A DNA stretch of 64,000 bases from Azolla caroliniana. Taxonomy: Eukaryota > Plantae > Polypodiophyta. A model generated the notes under the pieces. It was given only the letters and a program-made list of their open reading frames with translations, did not search any database and was not told the origin of the DNA. This document shows positions 11,948 through 26,009 of the stretch, piece by piece. Positions within the stretch are counted from its first letter, which is position 1. Every line of letters begins with the position of its first letter. A program made the position numbers and the translations under genes. The DNA is taken from positions 17,670,001 to 17,734,000 of the forward strand of contig JBHGNT010000007.1 in the NCBI GenBank assembly GCA_043228905.1. Reading direction: 5' to 3'.

Positions 11948-13426
11948 TGTATGTATGTATGTATGTATATGTATATGTATATGTATATATTATGTATGTA
12001 TGTATACATAACCCTGTTTCAAAAGAAGTAAAGTATACACCTCCCACTATGCTCCCATACTATTGCCCATGAATGATTTGATTCATTTCTACCCCAACCG
12101 TAGAGAAAGAAAATTGCCACAACTTGATTTGGCCCTTCTTATTTCGAACCGACTAATGTGCCATTGCAGTTTTCGCGGGAAAAGCTTTAAAACTAAATGC
12201 TTTTATTGGCATAACTCCCTAAGTAACCACACCAGGCCCCGGGGATTAGTAACTAAAATCAGGGGGTTGAGTAGGCGAGGTAAAGCATACGTAACTACGT
12301 GCGTGAGATTGTGATCGGCCAAATGGGGATTGCCTAATGGCCTTTCTCTATGAATCTTTGCATTCACATCCAATTGGCTTCACATGACTCTATGCATTCA
12401 CATTCAATTGGTTTCACATGAAATTTTGCATTCAATCATGAAGTTTGAAATGATTTCTAGGGATCTCCCATGCTTAAATTTTTGCATTAGTGGACAATCA
12501 ATTGGTTATATGGAATTACATCTACATGCAAGATGGATAATTAATACAGTTGTATATCCATATCTATATCTATACCTATCTATCTATCTATCTATATGTT
12601 AGATAGAGAGAGAGCATTCACAACCATGGTTATTGCTATGAAATTCTAAATGCCAGAAATTGGAAGGGCAGGAGAACATATCCGAAAAAGTGAGTTTTGC
12701 TCTCAGTCATGGACTAAAAAATTGTTCCAATTACTCGAAATTATCCATACATATTCTTGCAACTTGAGCATTTGGTTGAGTTTCGGTTTTTTGCCGAAAT
12801 TCAAAAAAACCTCTTTTAGGCTTCATTCGAAGAAGCACAAGTTAGGCATCATACTAAAGCAATCATCTAGCTAGGTATGCATCTATGGCCTTGAAATCTT
12901 TGAAGCCGAAGGGAAGGTTGTATGTGAAATATTGCCTTCCAATTAATGAGGTTTCGAACATGAATCGAAACCATAAATCATCTCCACAGATTTTGCAACC
13001 TTAATACACTAGTCATGTATAGGGTCTGAGCTTCAAAAACTTTCCACAATTTGAGGGATTGTAGGGCCTTCACCTAATGCCAAAAAATGGTTCTCAAATC
13101 AAAGCATTTTTTTGTCAATATCTATGTGGAACCCGCAACCCAATAGAAAGCTCATAATGTTGTTGAAGACAAGAAATGAATGTTAAAATGCACTTTCACA
13201 TAAAAGGGGTAAAATTCTAAGTCTTCTAACAAAATTTATAAAAAAGTTTCAAGACATTTGACTTAAAATTTATTAATAAAAGACTCTAATGTGTGCAGAG
13301 ACCACCGTGATTTGGGTCCCGAGCTGCCGATGCAACAGTTCAGTGTGCTACAATTCTTTCCATTGCAACTTCTGCGGAGCATGTTGCCGGGCCGCATGCC
13401 GTTGTTCGAATCGGTTTACTTGTTGA
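11579..13426 (+). CDS. Two-exon 137-aa single-pass membrane protein with Pro/Ser-rich N-terminus and Cys-rich C-terminus (exons 11579-11864, 13299-13426)
   Basis: Donor AG|GT at 11865; branch-like CTAAT and TGCAG| acceptor at 13298. Splice phase is compatible (286+128=414 nt). TM segment [21 protein letters not shown]. Exon 2 encodes [42 protein letters not shown]. Both exons are GC-richer than the flanks. Confidence 0.75.
11895..12010. repeat. (TACA)n/(TATG)n microsatellite at the intron start
   Basis: Direct reading. Confidence 0.9.
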
Positions 13427-13814
13427 TCATGCACTTGCGCCACGAGTTCGGTTCCATTTAGTTGAAATGTCAGGCTCAAATTCAAGCTCTGAGCATAAGA
13501 CCTATCTAGCCCTTTAATGAATGAATAAGTATATGGCTATGGTTGACCCTTAAATTGTGGAAAAAAGCATACATGTAGCTAGACACCAACCACAGACCTA
13601 GGGCTTTAGTCATATTGTACAGATCACAATTGATCAAGTCAATCCACATAGTAATGGTTTTTTGGTTAGTAGACAAGGATTATAGATAGCCATAGATACC
13701 TGGCAGCAGCTAAATTGATATATATATATATATATGCCTATCAAAAGTAACAACTGAGTATGCTCATATAACAAACCAAGTAGTGGTTTCAATACATATG
13801 TGTGGTTTTCTGTT

Positions 13815-14030
13815 CACTTCTCATATTCTAAAACATACCTCCAAAAATCATATTCTCCGGATTTATGTACCATATTTTTCTCGATCTGTACATTTATTCT
13901 CAAATAATATGTGCATCCACCCAAACCTCCATTTCATATTCTAAAAACATACCTCCAAAAATCATGTTCTTCTAATTGATACCATATTTTTGTTGATCTG
14001 TACATTTATTCTCAAAGAATATGTGGATGC
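13815..14030. repeat. Tandem duplication, period ~115 bp
   Basis: catattctaaaa(a)catacctccaaaaatcat...gatctgtacatttattctcaaa occurs twice. Confidence 0.8.
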
Positions 14031-15261
14031 ATTTTGGCTCGCTTTTTTTTGTTTTTGTGTTAATACCTCGAAAGCAATCAGAGGAATTCGTATTATGATC
14101 ATGTATTTTTCTTTTTCAACGAATTCCTTTCACCATTCAAATGGAAAAGACCTCTGAATAGACAAATCAACAACATAGGAATTAACTGCAAATCAAGGAT
14201 TTCGTATGCTGATAATGTATTTCCTTCAATGAATACATGAATGGCACATGAATGTCTTTATTATAAATGCCATGCTAAGATTAATGCCGATAAAGGTTCA
14301 TATATTCATGATGATGGCTAATCTTTAGTTTTTCGGCTAATCTTTAAGTTAAATCGATCAATGCTTCATAACCATCGCAATCTGTCCGCAAATCAAACAA
14401 TCCCAGAATCAGGAACATATTCGAGGTCATCACATATTCTGCATAATCCATATTGTGATTTACACGCATCCATCTGCGAGTAAACATTTCTTCTTGGGTA
14501 TAAACATTTGATGATGAAATAAGATAAACATTCTTGGGTATAAACATTTCTTCTTGGGCAAATGCATCACTCCTCTGCGTGATTTCCATGGATGGTGAAA
14601 ACAATCCATTCAAAGGTATAAAGACCTCTGAAATCCGTTCAAATTCCTTTAGCATTCTCGTTATCTCCCCCATCCCCCAAATCGCAGTGAATTGCCATGG
14701 GATTGAATAGATGATGGCGGATTGAATTGACCATATGATTGAATGGAATTGGCCACACCACATCTCAATCGTACATATAATGGATCTTCTTTTGCGGGGG
14801 GCACAGAGGGGAGGGGGGATTTGACCAAGGGTTCGGGGAGAAATCAAGAAAAACTCAAAAGGCAATCAGAGGAATATAGAAGGGAAACCATGGCAAATTT
14901 TGCAGTATTCTTCGGGGATTTCAATTGCTCTTCAAAAGAAGAAAGAAAGAGAGATAGAAGAAGAAGAAGAAGAAGAAGCATACCTCGCTCCACTTCTTCT
15001 TCTTCTTCTTCTTCTTCCTTAATTTCTCTTTTCTTTTGATTTTGCAGCAGAAAACCTTCTTGTTTCCTGCAAATGGGAAGGAACTCGTACGAGAAGGAAT
15101 CTGCGTGACAGATTCATCTTCTTCATCTGTGTGGAAAAAGAAAAACTCAGAAAAGAGTAGGCGACCAATATACTATTTCTTTTTACTCTGTTTTCTGCAG
15201 AGAGAGAGAGAATATATATATATATATAATATATACATATACATATTAAGCAATAGAGAGG

Positions 15262-15425
15262 TGTGAAAGTTGGATTCGAACCCAAGGCCTAGGGTTTCTA
15301 GTCTAAACAACTTACCACTAGGGTAAACTAAAGAAGAAACACAAAACAAAAAGAAATTCTCCATTCCACACACATACCCGGTTACGTGTCAGTGGGCGCA
15401 CGGATGGGCGCGCGTATCCATGCGC
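15262..15425 (-). other. tRNA-like (A-box/B-box) motif next to a 30-bp palindrome
   Basis: Minus strand CCCTAGTGGTAAG...GGTTCGAATCC. Palindrome at 15396-15425 has 12 of 15 pairs complementary. Homologous layout at 38708-38870. Confidence 0.5.
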
Positions 15426-17598
15426 GTCGGAGACCACCTGTCGAAAGCTCATCGATTGGCATTCTCATAATGCGCTCTCGGAGCAGTGTGGGAGCAGTCA
15501 TCCTATCCATGAGAGATCTGGCAAAAACATTGCCTAGATTGGTCTCTTTGCTTTGCTTGCTTCGTGGTCTGGCACCGTAGCATCAAAAAGTCATAACTTC
15601 AAGAGAACCCATGTTCGATCCTCGCCATGTGCATCTAGGCCCTTGTCTTGTAGTCCGTAATCGATCCCTCGTGGACGTTAAAAAAGATATCATTGTGTGT
15701 ATGTATGAATTCCGCCTTTGTAACAACATCTGATAAAGTGCCATGTACATCATAATCGATCTCTTGTGGACGTTAAAAACAAAAGGATATGCTTGTGAAA
15801 GGATATGTATGTATCTTGCAGTAGCAACTTCTGGTAATGTGTCATGTGTTCAATCCCCTCGTCACCATGTTGTCTAAAGCACTCTCTCGCCATCAAGTCC
15901 CCACCACCCCTACATTTTCAAACTTGGCTCTTTACTATTATACGATGCAAATCCAAGAAAATTGAACGAATACATATTATAAGAAAAGAGTTTATGGGAT
16001 TAAAGAAATTGCCTTCAAAGATTGTTTGGAAATTGTTCTACTTGAGGAGAGATTATGAAAGTCCATGAGAAACCAAAACATTATTAATGTCCATGAGAAC
16101 TACTTAATAAATATGTGCCTGTATGTTTTCTTCAGCAAATTCCCCACCACTTTCCAGTCGTACTCATACTCTTGACTTTAGGAATGGTTGTTGGAGAGAA
16201 CTAAGTCCATGAGAAACCAAAACATTATTGATGTCCACAAGAACTACTTATTTAAATATGCTTGCTTGTTCTCTTCAACAAATTTACCTCCACTTTCCGG
16301 TCACATGCACCATGCTAATCAAGAGATTGTGGATGAAGCATTCATGACCATACGATGATGCTTCCTACCATTAATTACTACATGTACCAACCTCACATGA
16401 CTTCTATATATAAGACATAGCAACCCCCCTTGAGCATAGAAGTGACAACAAGAAAATTACACAAGCCACAAGTGACAACATCCTTGGTCAAACATAAGAC
16501 CTTATTATGTGGATGTTGGGTTTGGTCTTCTTTTGTTAAAGCATTCAAACTCACAATTCACTTTCAATGATAGAGATGCAACTTGTAATGAAAATTCAAG
16601 AGGTCAAAGAGTTTATCATGTCCTAATCACACTTCAACTACTATGCAATTCAATTAGTACAGCAATCATTACGATGATGTGTAGGTAAACTACAACATAA
16701 TGTGTTGTACACTTCAAAACAAACGTGAAAGTTTTCAAAGTTTGTAATTGCATGTTTCTATTTCCCTTTATAGGCAAAGAAGTCCATGCCAGAATCATAT
16801 ATGTACACTCACGTAGAGAATGAAAATCTCATCACAAAGGCATTGATTGATATATATTCCAAATGTGGTATGATAGTAGAAGCACAAGGGTTGTTTCACA
16901 CCTTGTTTAGTTGGATTGTGTATATATCAGCTTCTTCTTGAAAGAAAAAAAAGAATGCATTTGTTGGGGTCTAATAGATGAATAAAAAGGGATAGGCATA
17001 GAGTAACAATGATAGCATGTAAATACTAAAATGCAAAAGGGTTAAAAACTATATATATACTCTTAATTTCTAGTTGATTACATGAAGGAAACATGGGTAC
17101 GGTTTGGGGATTCTTCTTCCATGTTGAGAGTTGAGCTTCACTAACAAAGATTGATTAAGATTCATGGCCTTCTCCTTTCTAGTTTAGTTGAACACATACC
17201 GCTTTCAATTATTATCATGAATTCCATGGCAATTCTCTCCACATGATAATTGATTATATTCTTGATCTTATGGTTATCATCAATAACACTCACATCATTG
17301 TGAGAGTACCTAGGAACATAGGTGAAATAGATAATGATGATTAATAGTATTACGATTATTAAAAATGAGGACGATGACCAAATAAATAATGGACAATGTG
17401 AATATGCTTCGTTGAGTTGTAATCATGAAAATTGACTTAGCAATCGAAATTGATGGCGATATTTAAACTTTTCAAGACTAAGAATGTGGACAAGAACCAA
17501 AGCAAAGAATGACAATGGGAATTCATGTAAATGTTTTTATTCTTGTCCTTTTCAAATAATAGCTTCACTTTTCTTGAAGAAAATTAAAAACACCAAGT

Positions 17599-17652
17599 CA
17601 ATAATCTCTCCTAACTAATGGGAAAATAGCTTCTTTTTGGAAAAAAAAAAAC
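17599..17652 (+). mobile_element. 54-bp extremely 5'-truncated LINE insertion
   Basis: Family tail AACTAATGGG...TTTTTGG plus poly(A); 9-bp TSD ACACCAAGT at 17590-17598 and 17653-17661. Confidence 0.7.
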
Positions 17653-19310
17653 ACACCAAGTGAGGTTTAGTAAGCTTACTTTGGATGTAAATGTTTTGAT
17701 TTCTTTCATCTCTAATAATTCTCACTATCATTCTTCATTTTATATGCTATTCTCTCACAACTTTCTTGCAATGACCTTTCTCGTCAACTTTAAGGGTCAT
17801 TTACATCACAACGTCACTTCCTTCTTTCCAAATCTTCACATTCAACGCATAGGATGTGAACAAACACCAATGTGCATATATGTTGTCTATCCAATTTCCA
17901 AAAGTATGATTTTGTTTTCATGACGTTGAAGCTATATACATATTATATGCATATAAAAAAACCCACTCTTAGTAATGAATACTATATTGTAATATCAAAA
18001 CAAACTCTATCATCGATTATGACAATGTGCCAACTCTTAACCAAGTTGTGTGGGGCTTGGATACTTAGTACATAGTTAATCCCTTAACTTAAACACGTAT
18101 TTCAATAGCCCTTTATCTATCTATTTACCATGAATAATCATCCACATTTTCCAAAACTTGTAAAAGAGAATGTTCTTTAGAAAGCCCTTACTTTGAACTA
18201 GGATGTTATTGTTACACATTTGTGCCTTACTACTGCCTCAAGTAGTAAGATTGCTACATGTATTATTACACCCCTAGGATTCCATTGTTGTCTTCCTATT
18301 TGTTGATTGATTTGTCAACCACATCTTCTAGCTTAACCTCTACAAACATGGACTCCAATTTGAAATGAATCTTCCTCTATGACTTTATCTAGTCATTAAG
18401 ATCTAATGCCTTGGCCTAATGCAGGACTTTACTCCAATCATTAGAAATAAGCAAGTAAGAAGTTTGATATTGTTCTTTTGGCAATAATGTTTAATCTTAA
18501 TGTTGCCCTACGTATTATTATCCATCGTTGGTCTCACTCATTGAATAATGCCTCATATCCGTTATAGGTTGAACTTCTTCAACATGATGAACCTTGCTAT
18601 AGATATTGTGCAAATTTCGGTGGTACTTCAACAATTAATATTGGAGAAGAATATGCTTCATGAGTCCTTGTATAACTTTCCGTTGTGTATAACTTTTGGA
18701 GCCAAGGGTTAGCTTTCCCATGACATTTTGGCACTCAAGATATTATACAAGGATTCATCAACCAAGTCCATCTTATTATCAATCTCAAAGTGGGTAATAA
18801 AATTTTGAAGATTTCCAGTGGCTGGGTCTTTATTAACCCTCTTCTAATGGGTCTTATTAGCCATCTTCTAATTTGTTTGAGTTGATTTCCTTAAGCAACA
18901 TTGCAATAACCTAAGAAATGTAGTGTGACAATCTCCTCTTCAACTCTTATGTCAAGCAATTTGGCATCAGGATCATAAAAAATCCTATTCTATTTTGGTT
19001 AAGGCTAATTCAAGTTAACTCAAGTCAAGAGGAGATTAGTCTCAATCTCGTTGCTTTACATACCATCGTATTATCCTCGGATTACCATCATGTTGTCAGT
19101 CCTTAACTAATTTCGCTCATCTATAAACCAATGGCCCCAACTATATAGAACATTAGGGGCCAATTTTAATACTCATCCCTACTACCATGAAAACTTATGC
19201 TCTAGTAGTAGATTCCATCCCCACTTGAGCTACAAATTTCATTTCGATTGCTTACTTTGCCTTTGATTTAATGGCAATTACCACATATTTTGTTCTCATT
19301 ACAAAAGGCA

Positions 19311-20115
19311 AGGCCTGTAGTGAGAGCTTGGAGGACATCGCTCATTGTTTGTGGTGCTGCCCACGAGTGCAAGAAATTTGGTTGAGGAGCTTAAGAATCT
19401 TGGCTCGGTTCGGGGTTGAGGTTCATGTATCGAGCGCAATAGTCACTTGGTTGGCCACCGAATCGGCTTCGTGGTTTCAAGGGTGGAATGGAAATAGTTC
19501 TTCTTTAAAGGTGATGCAAGGATCTATGCAACCAACGCAAGGAGGATCATTCGTCTTACAAGAACGCTACGTGGACATATGGTTATTAGTGGTCGGCCTT
19601 ATGGTCTAGCAAGTGTGGGTATCTAGGTGCAAGGAGACTTTTGCAGGTAAGCGAACCCCACCGGCGGAGAATTTAATGATGATCTGGTTTAATCTTATTT
19701 CTACGTTACGAGGAGAGTTTAAAGTCTTCAAGGGCCCTCTGACGCAAGTGAAGAACCCAGAGCTCGTTTCCTTCTGAAATGGAGCGGTTTGTCAATGTTG
19801 CAGATGGTGGATGGTAAAGCGAAGTGGAATTATCAACCACCACGGTGGTTGTTCCCCCCGAGTGTACTTAACATCTAGATGGGTGCTGCCATGAGAAGCG
19901 AATGGAGGACATCTGTGTTGAATTCTATTTTGTAGAGTATGCATTCGGGTAATGCTATGCATATCGAATGTTGTGGTGTTTTGGAGTTGTTCTTTTGTTG
20001 TTTCATCTACACATATTATTTTCTTTTGACATGCAAGAGGGCTTGTAAGATATGAATTGTAAATTATCCCTTGTACATTGCCTTAACTAATGGAAGTAAT
20101 TTTTTTTTGGAAAAA
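19311..20115 (+). mobile_element. 5'-truncated LINE with TSD, inserted in the Gypsy relic
   Basis: zf-RVT-like EDIAHCLWCCPRVQEIW, C-terminal WNYQPPRWLFPP, tail AACTAATGGAAG...TTTTGG-poly(A), TSD AAAAGGCA at 19303-19310 and 20116-20123. Confidence 0.85.
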
Positions 20116-22885
20116 AAAAGGCACATATGGTTCCATAGTTGAATCTCAAGCTAGTATATGTGGTCCTCATTCAGTTCTTGATGAATCCATAACCATTCCA
20201 TTTCCAAGTAAACACTATGATTTCCTAGATGTGTTCAAAAAATAAATCGAAGATCACCTTTTGGAGTAGCGACTATCATAAACATCCAAAATTTCTCACA
20301 AAACATCAGTCACCATATGTTAAAAGATTGCTAGAGCATTGTTACAAATTACAATCAAACAACATGACAATATATTCAAAATGACCATGCCGAGTACAAA
20401 AAGTGTTTTCTTTTTTCTTGACAAAGAAGATGCATGCACCGGTTCCGTTGGTGATTGAGAATGTCAAATGAATCCAAAGACCAAAATTTCTTCTATGTAA
20501 GTGCAAAGCACTTTGAGCTTTCTAGGTGATAAGGCATAATGGGGCCCAATGGGGGTGTGGTACCTGGTTATAGCTCTTTTGAGTATTAGTCATAACCTTA
20601 ATGTAAAATTGATGTCATCACAAAAGGTTATAAACAGATTTGAACCCCGTATGAGCTCATGTATATAATGACGCTATAACCAATAGGTTATCCATTTATA
20701 CATAGCATTTATATGCGAAGATTTTTCCTTTGCCCATGATAATGCATGATTGGAAAATGGCAAGCTTTCACGAATGCCAAGTGATGAACATGGATAGATG
20801 CAAGGTGACAAACATATTATGCTATATAATGAAATTCTCTAGTTATTGATGAATCATTCAAGTTCAATGCCAATCTTCAACATCTTGTAATTTTGTTCTT
20901 CTTGTCAAGATAGTTATATTCTTGCAAGTAATGTTGTTCTTCTTTTCTTCAATTCTCTCTTGTTCTCGCCTACTACTTTGATAGTTTAAACTAGAATACC
21001 CTTTGAATAGTTCAATAGTTCATTCAAGCTTTACCATCACAATGGAGTTCATCACCACGCAAGAGTACATGTGCATTCCCTTTGAACTTGATTGTCTATC
21101 AACAAAATTCGTGGCCTTAGAGCATGAAAACTACATAGTGCTTGGGGATTTACAAGAACTACATGTGCAGAGAGGCTCAATAACACAACAAGATATCCCA
21201 ATGCCTTTTTCAACTTGAAGTAACTCTATAAATTTGTATCAACAAGATTCAAGATTCAACTCCATTTTGTATAAATATGGATGTCGCTCAAGTTGGATTA
21301 GTAGGAACACTATGTCCATTGGAGATTTTGAATTCGATCCTTGGTTGTGACATTCTCCCCCCTCTAGAACCAACTTCCAAGAGCAACTACTGGCTTTTGT
21401 GGGTAACTTCGGAGGAAATCATGAACCAACTTAGGAGCATCAATTAAGTGCTTGGTTGGTTCCTAGGTGGCTTTTGATATAGGATATCCTTTGCATAAGA
21501 TGAGGAATTAATAGGAGGACGATGTCCAACCTTGGTCGCCCAAGCTGTGATTGACCATGTGAGCTATATTAGCACACTGATCACCCAATCTACTAGTATT
21601 CATGGGCAACCAATCCCACACTCATTGGAACCATGTCCAAGACCTTTATTAGTTTTACCTATCATTTGATATATATAGATTTAGTATTATATATTCACAA
21701 GGTCCTCATGCTATCCTTTTACTACCTTTCTACCCTTGCAAACGCCACATCACGAACCACATTCCCTCCACATATTTACTTTGCGTATTTCTTTAGCTTG
21801 CTCCCTTTGGGAAAAGCCTTCCTATATTTACCTTTGGAAAAACACTCACATATTCACTTCCTATAGTCATCTCGGGAAAAGAAATTGGGTACATATTCAG
21901 TTTGTATATTCACTTCAAGTAAAACACCATCGGGAACAAAAAATCGGGCAAATTGATCTGGAAAACTCCTTTTGGGAATTCAATCGGGATTTCACTTCAA
22001 GTGCTCACTTCAGGTGAATTCCTCGTGATCTCCCCTTAGATGAAACCTTTGAGAAAATGATCTCACACAAAATCCCCACACAAGCTATGTTGTGAGTTGG
22101 GTTGTCACACAATTCACCTTGACACATAGAATTTCATACCCAAACTCATTGTGAGTTGATCCTTATTCAATTACAATCCAACAAGATCATTGTAAATTAA
22201 TAATATCAACGGGGATATATATCTTCCCCCATAATTGAAAAGCTCAAAGAGAAAGAAATTCAATATAATATCCTAGTTACAACAAATAAACCTCTTTTAC
22301 ATTGCGTATAGAGAAAACGAGATTATGATTTTAGGTTTAAAAGGTATAGAAGGGAAATTAATTGCTCAAGTCTTGAGGTGGTCTATCCATGATCAACAAT
22401 GTCATAAGTCTTCTGTGCACCCTCATTTTGCTTCTTGCACAACCAAGAAGAAGAAGAAACCCATTGCACACAATTCAAATGGAAAGAGATGAATAATCCC
22501 AAACCCAACACTACGAAGAAGAAAACCTTCAATCTTTTCTATCCAAGAAGAAGTATTCGAAGTCCTCTAATTTCACTACCTACGAAGTTGTTGTGGTACC
22601 CCGCAAAGTCCATCAAACAAGAACACATTTCTCATGCTCAAGTTAAACCACATCCCCCAATATCTAAGGTCGTCAAACACCACCTGATATGATAGGATGT
22701 GTAGAGCTCTAGCACCATTAAAGAAAACCCATTTAAAAGGTGACAAAAAACTACCTATTAATGATTCCCAAATTTGTGGTATAATCACCTAAATGATAGT
22801 CTTTAAGAATTGGGCATGTAATGAATCTATGTTTGTCATCTTCCTCAACCATTGTATTGAGAAAACATGTCCCATTAGAAATAAG

Positions 22886-23274
22886 TAACCCATCGACCAT
22901 TTCTACACCAAAGAAATGCTTCGAACAAAATGGAAGATGAGATTGCTATCCACAACTTTAGACTTCAAGTAACCAAGCACTATCTTCAACCAGCTTATGA
23001 TATACATCATTACCAAGAGAAGAGAGAAGAACACCTATGTGTTGAAAGAGAATAAAGAGCAATGCCATCGCCAAAGGTAACCCATCGACCATTTCTACAC
23101 CAAAGAAATTTTTCGAACAAAATGGAAGATGAGATTGCCATCCTCCATCCAAAACTCAACACCACAACTTTAGGCATCAGGTAACCAAGCACTATCTTCA
23201 ACCAACTTATGATATACATCATTACCAAGAGAAGAGAGAAGAACACCTATGTGTTGAAAGAGAATAAAGAGCAA
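22886..23274. repeat. Tandem duplication of ~190-200 bp
   Basis: gtaacccatcgaccatttctacaccaaagaaat...gttgaaagagaataaagagcaa at ~22886 and ~23078. Confidence 0.85.
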
Positions 23275-24029
23275 CGTGGCTCACAAATTCTCGAAAGGAG
23301 GAGAGAGAGTGTAAGTTCATGTGAATTAATATAATCACATTTAGTTCCATTTGGATAGTGTTATAAGTTAATAGTTCAATATATATCAAATATATATATC
23401 ATTTAAAGATAAGTGGTAATTGTTTCGAACAATCCTTTCGATCCTCCATCACCACTTACGGATAGAGGCCAGGTGCTTGCCTGCTCACGTGTGACGTGCA
23501 GTTCGAGACAAAATGCACTACCAAATAACCAATCTTTCCATGATTCCTAGACCACTAACGCTAGAATTGGAAAATCACAACTACACAATGCCAATATTGA
23601 TTCCCAAATATACCCATTCTATGTGGTATGTGAAACTTACTTTGGACTATTCGAAAGGCCATCATTTTCCAATGTGTCTCTAAGATTGCATCTTCCATTA
23701 GTACCAAGTTAAGCCTTTCCATTCAATTGAACTATGAGTTGAGACTTTCTTTTCCATCCCAATGTAATATCCTTAAAGCTACCAACACTTTAGTTGCCAA
23801 AGCATTACTATCTTTTCTATACTCATTGGGTCTCCAATCAAACAATTTCAAATGTCATTGCCAAGAAAGCACTTATTGTTGAACCATAATATATTCTAAA
23901 CCTTTAAATGCACAAGTATTATTAACAACATGCCACCATGAAGTTGTAATTCTCATTTTCCCATGGTATATACCCACATTTACAAAATAACAAAATATTT
24001 CTACCTATGTGTATACTTTTTAAAAGGTT

Positions 24030-24345
24030 AAATCTTTGAATCACAAATATGATCTTCTAAACTTAGTGAGGTTGTGCCCCCTAAACATTTTGGGGTACAT
24101 ATATTGCTCCATACGAACTTGTACCAACTTTTGACTCAAGTCAAATCTTTGAACCACCATATGATCTTCTAAACTTAGTGAGTTCGCTCCCCCTAAACGT
24201 TCTGGGGTACATATATTGCTCCATGAAACCCAACTTCCAACTTTTGACTCAGGTTAAATCTTTGAGCCACCATATGATATTCCAAACATTTTGGGGTACA
24301 TATATTGATCCATGAAACCCAATGTATACCAACTTTTGACTTTGT
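24030..24345. repeat. Three tandem ~115-bp units, the third internally deleted
   Basis: aaatctttga...catatgat...ggggtacatatattg...ccaacttttgact occurs three times. Confidence 0.85.
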
Positions 24346-26009
24346 CTTCTACAATGTATATTTTAGTTCACGAGCCAATGATCAAGTGGTTTTGCTTTCA
24401 CTATGGTAATAACAACAACAAATAAGAAATCATTGGAATCATTGACACTTCCAATAAATAAACTTATCTAAAATTGTGCTCGATATCTAATTGAAACTTT
24501 GAAATATCCAATATGTGATAATAGAAGAACACGAGATAAGAGCATACATGGAATGATCAAATGATTGAATTGTATTAAGCAGAATCATGATTGTAACACT
24601 TACGATGAGTGTCTATACAAAACTTGGTGTTAAGCCATATTTGTACTAATCACAATTGTGTCCTTGCATTAAGAGGTGTCTCTTCATGTTTGTGTCTTTT
24701 CAGATAGCGCAACTCCAAGAATTGCATCTTTTATTAATTAACAATTAATTAATTAATGTTCACACTTATTCGTGTTCACACAATGCATAAACAATCAAGC
24801 TTGAGAATTATAATACATAAACTTATCTAAAATTGTGCCTGATATCTAATTCAAATTGAGACAATGAGATATCAACACCAATATGGTAATCTACGTGCCA
24901 ACACACATTCCCTTGATCTAATATTTGGACACACCATCCAAGATCAACCAAATCACTTTCAATGTATCTAATAAGCATTGACTTCTGCATATTAATATGT
25001 AATACCGATGCCAATGTAAACAAATCCTACACCTCCATGAACATGTTGGCCACCAAACTTTTGTCATCTAAAAGTTTTGACTATACACACTCCACCTCTT
25101 CTTTATTTATATCCTTTTCCAAGGAAATCATGACATGTTGGCCATCAATACTCTTGACTAATTCAAATAGCATTGATCATGCTTGCCTCAAGTCATCGTG
25201 TAGGGAACATTCTTGACTGAAGAGAGTTGTCACATGTTTAACACAATAATCAACAATTACTTAGGGTTTTGTGTTCAGTCTCTAGGCATATCATACATTC
25301 TAGCACGGGATGCATGTAAGATATGAGAAAATTTATTTGATTGACAATTGCAACCATGATTGTGGAACTACATACCTCTAGATCTTGTAAAGCTTATGAT
25401 AATGTCACTTGAATATCCAACAATACATCACCAAATGGGATTGTGACCAACAATGCATTACATCGATCTAGAAATTGTTGGATTAATCTCAGCTTTTGTT
25501 TGTAGATGGATGTTTGAGAAATCCCGTAATAATGGGCAAAGCATGGAATATTAGAAAGACAAATATCCCTTTCAACTTTTCTTCCAGTGACCTCTTTTCC
25601 TAGATTCTCAACCTATTATAGACTAGACACATAGTTGTTTTTCTCCCTTTGCAAATGCCACATCACCACAATGCTAAATGTCTCATAAAATGTGATGCTA
25701 CATAAGGACAAAAGCATCACACTATGTGTCTTGTTTCCACAATGCTAAAACCTAGTTCATGAATTTTGGTGTTAAACAAAGATAAATATAACCAATACAT
25801 GTGTCCCATGTATATTGGCTAATATTGATTATAGTGTTGGAATATCTCATAATTGGCCTTAATAAAGCTAAAAAAGTAAACTTTTTTTTTCTCCAAATAA
25901 GAATATACTCCATTAGTTAAAATGACATACAATACATAACCTTAGTCATTACCTACTTCCATATGGGCTACCTCACGTATTTATTTTACACTCAATAGCC
26001 CACATGTCT

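Larger units (their letters stand above)
16300..21350 (-). mobile_element. Heavily decayed Ty3/Gypsy relics; boundaries approximate, possibly more than one element
   Basis: The minus strand at ~20260-20460 gives broken RT motifs resembling GA.IFFVKKK and GHFEY...NA.AIF.HMVTDVL. PPT+TG-like junctions at ~18925-18945 and ~21346-21367. Confidence 0.45.

Noticed and set aside
11865-12031. C-terminus MYVCMYVC... of the 155-aa ORF
   Set aside because: Intronic (TATG)n microsatellite beyond the splice donor.
15262-15335. Functional tRNA gene
   Set aside because: A/B-box-like motifs are present, but I could not form a convincing acceptor stem or cloverleaf.
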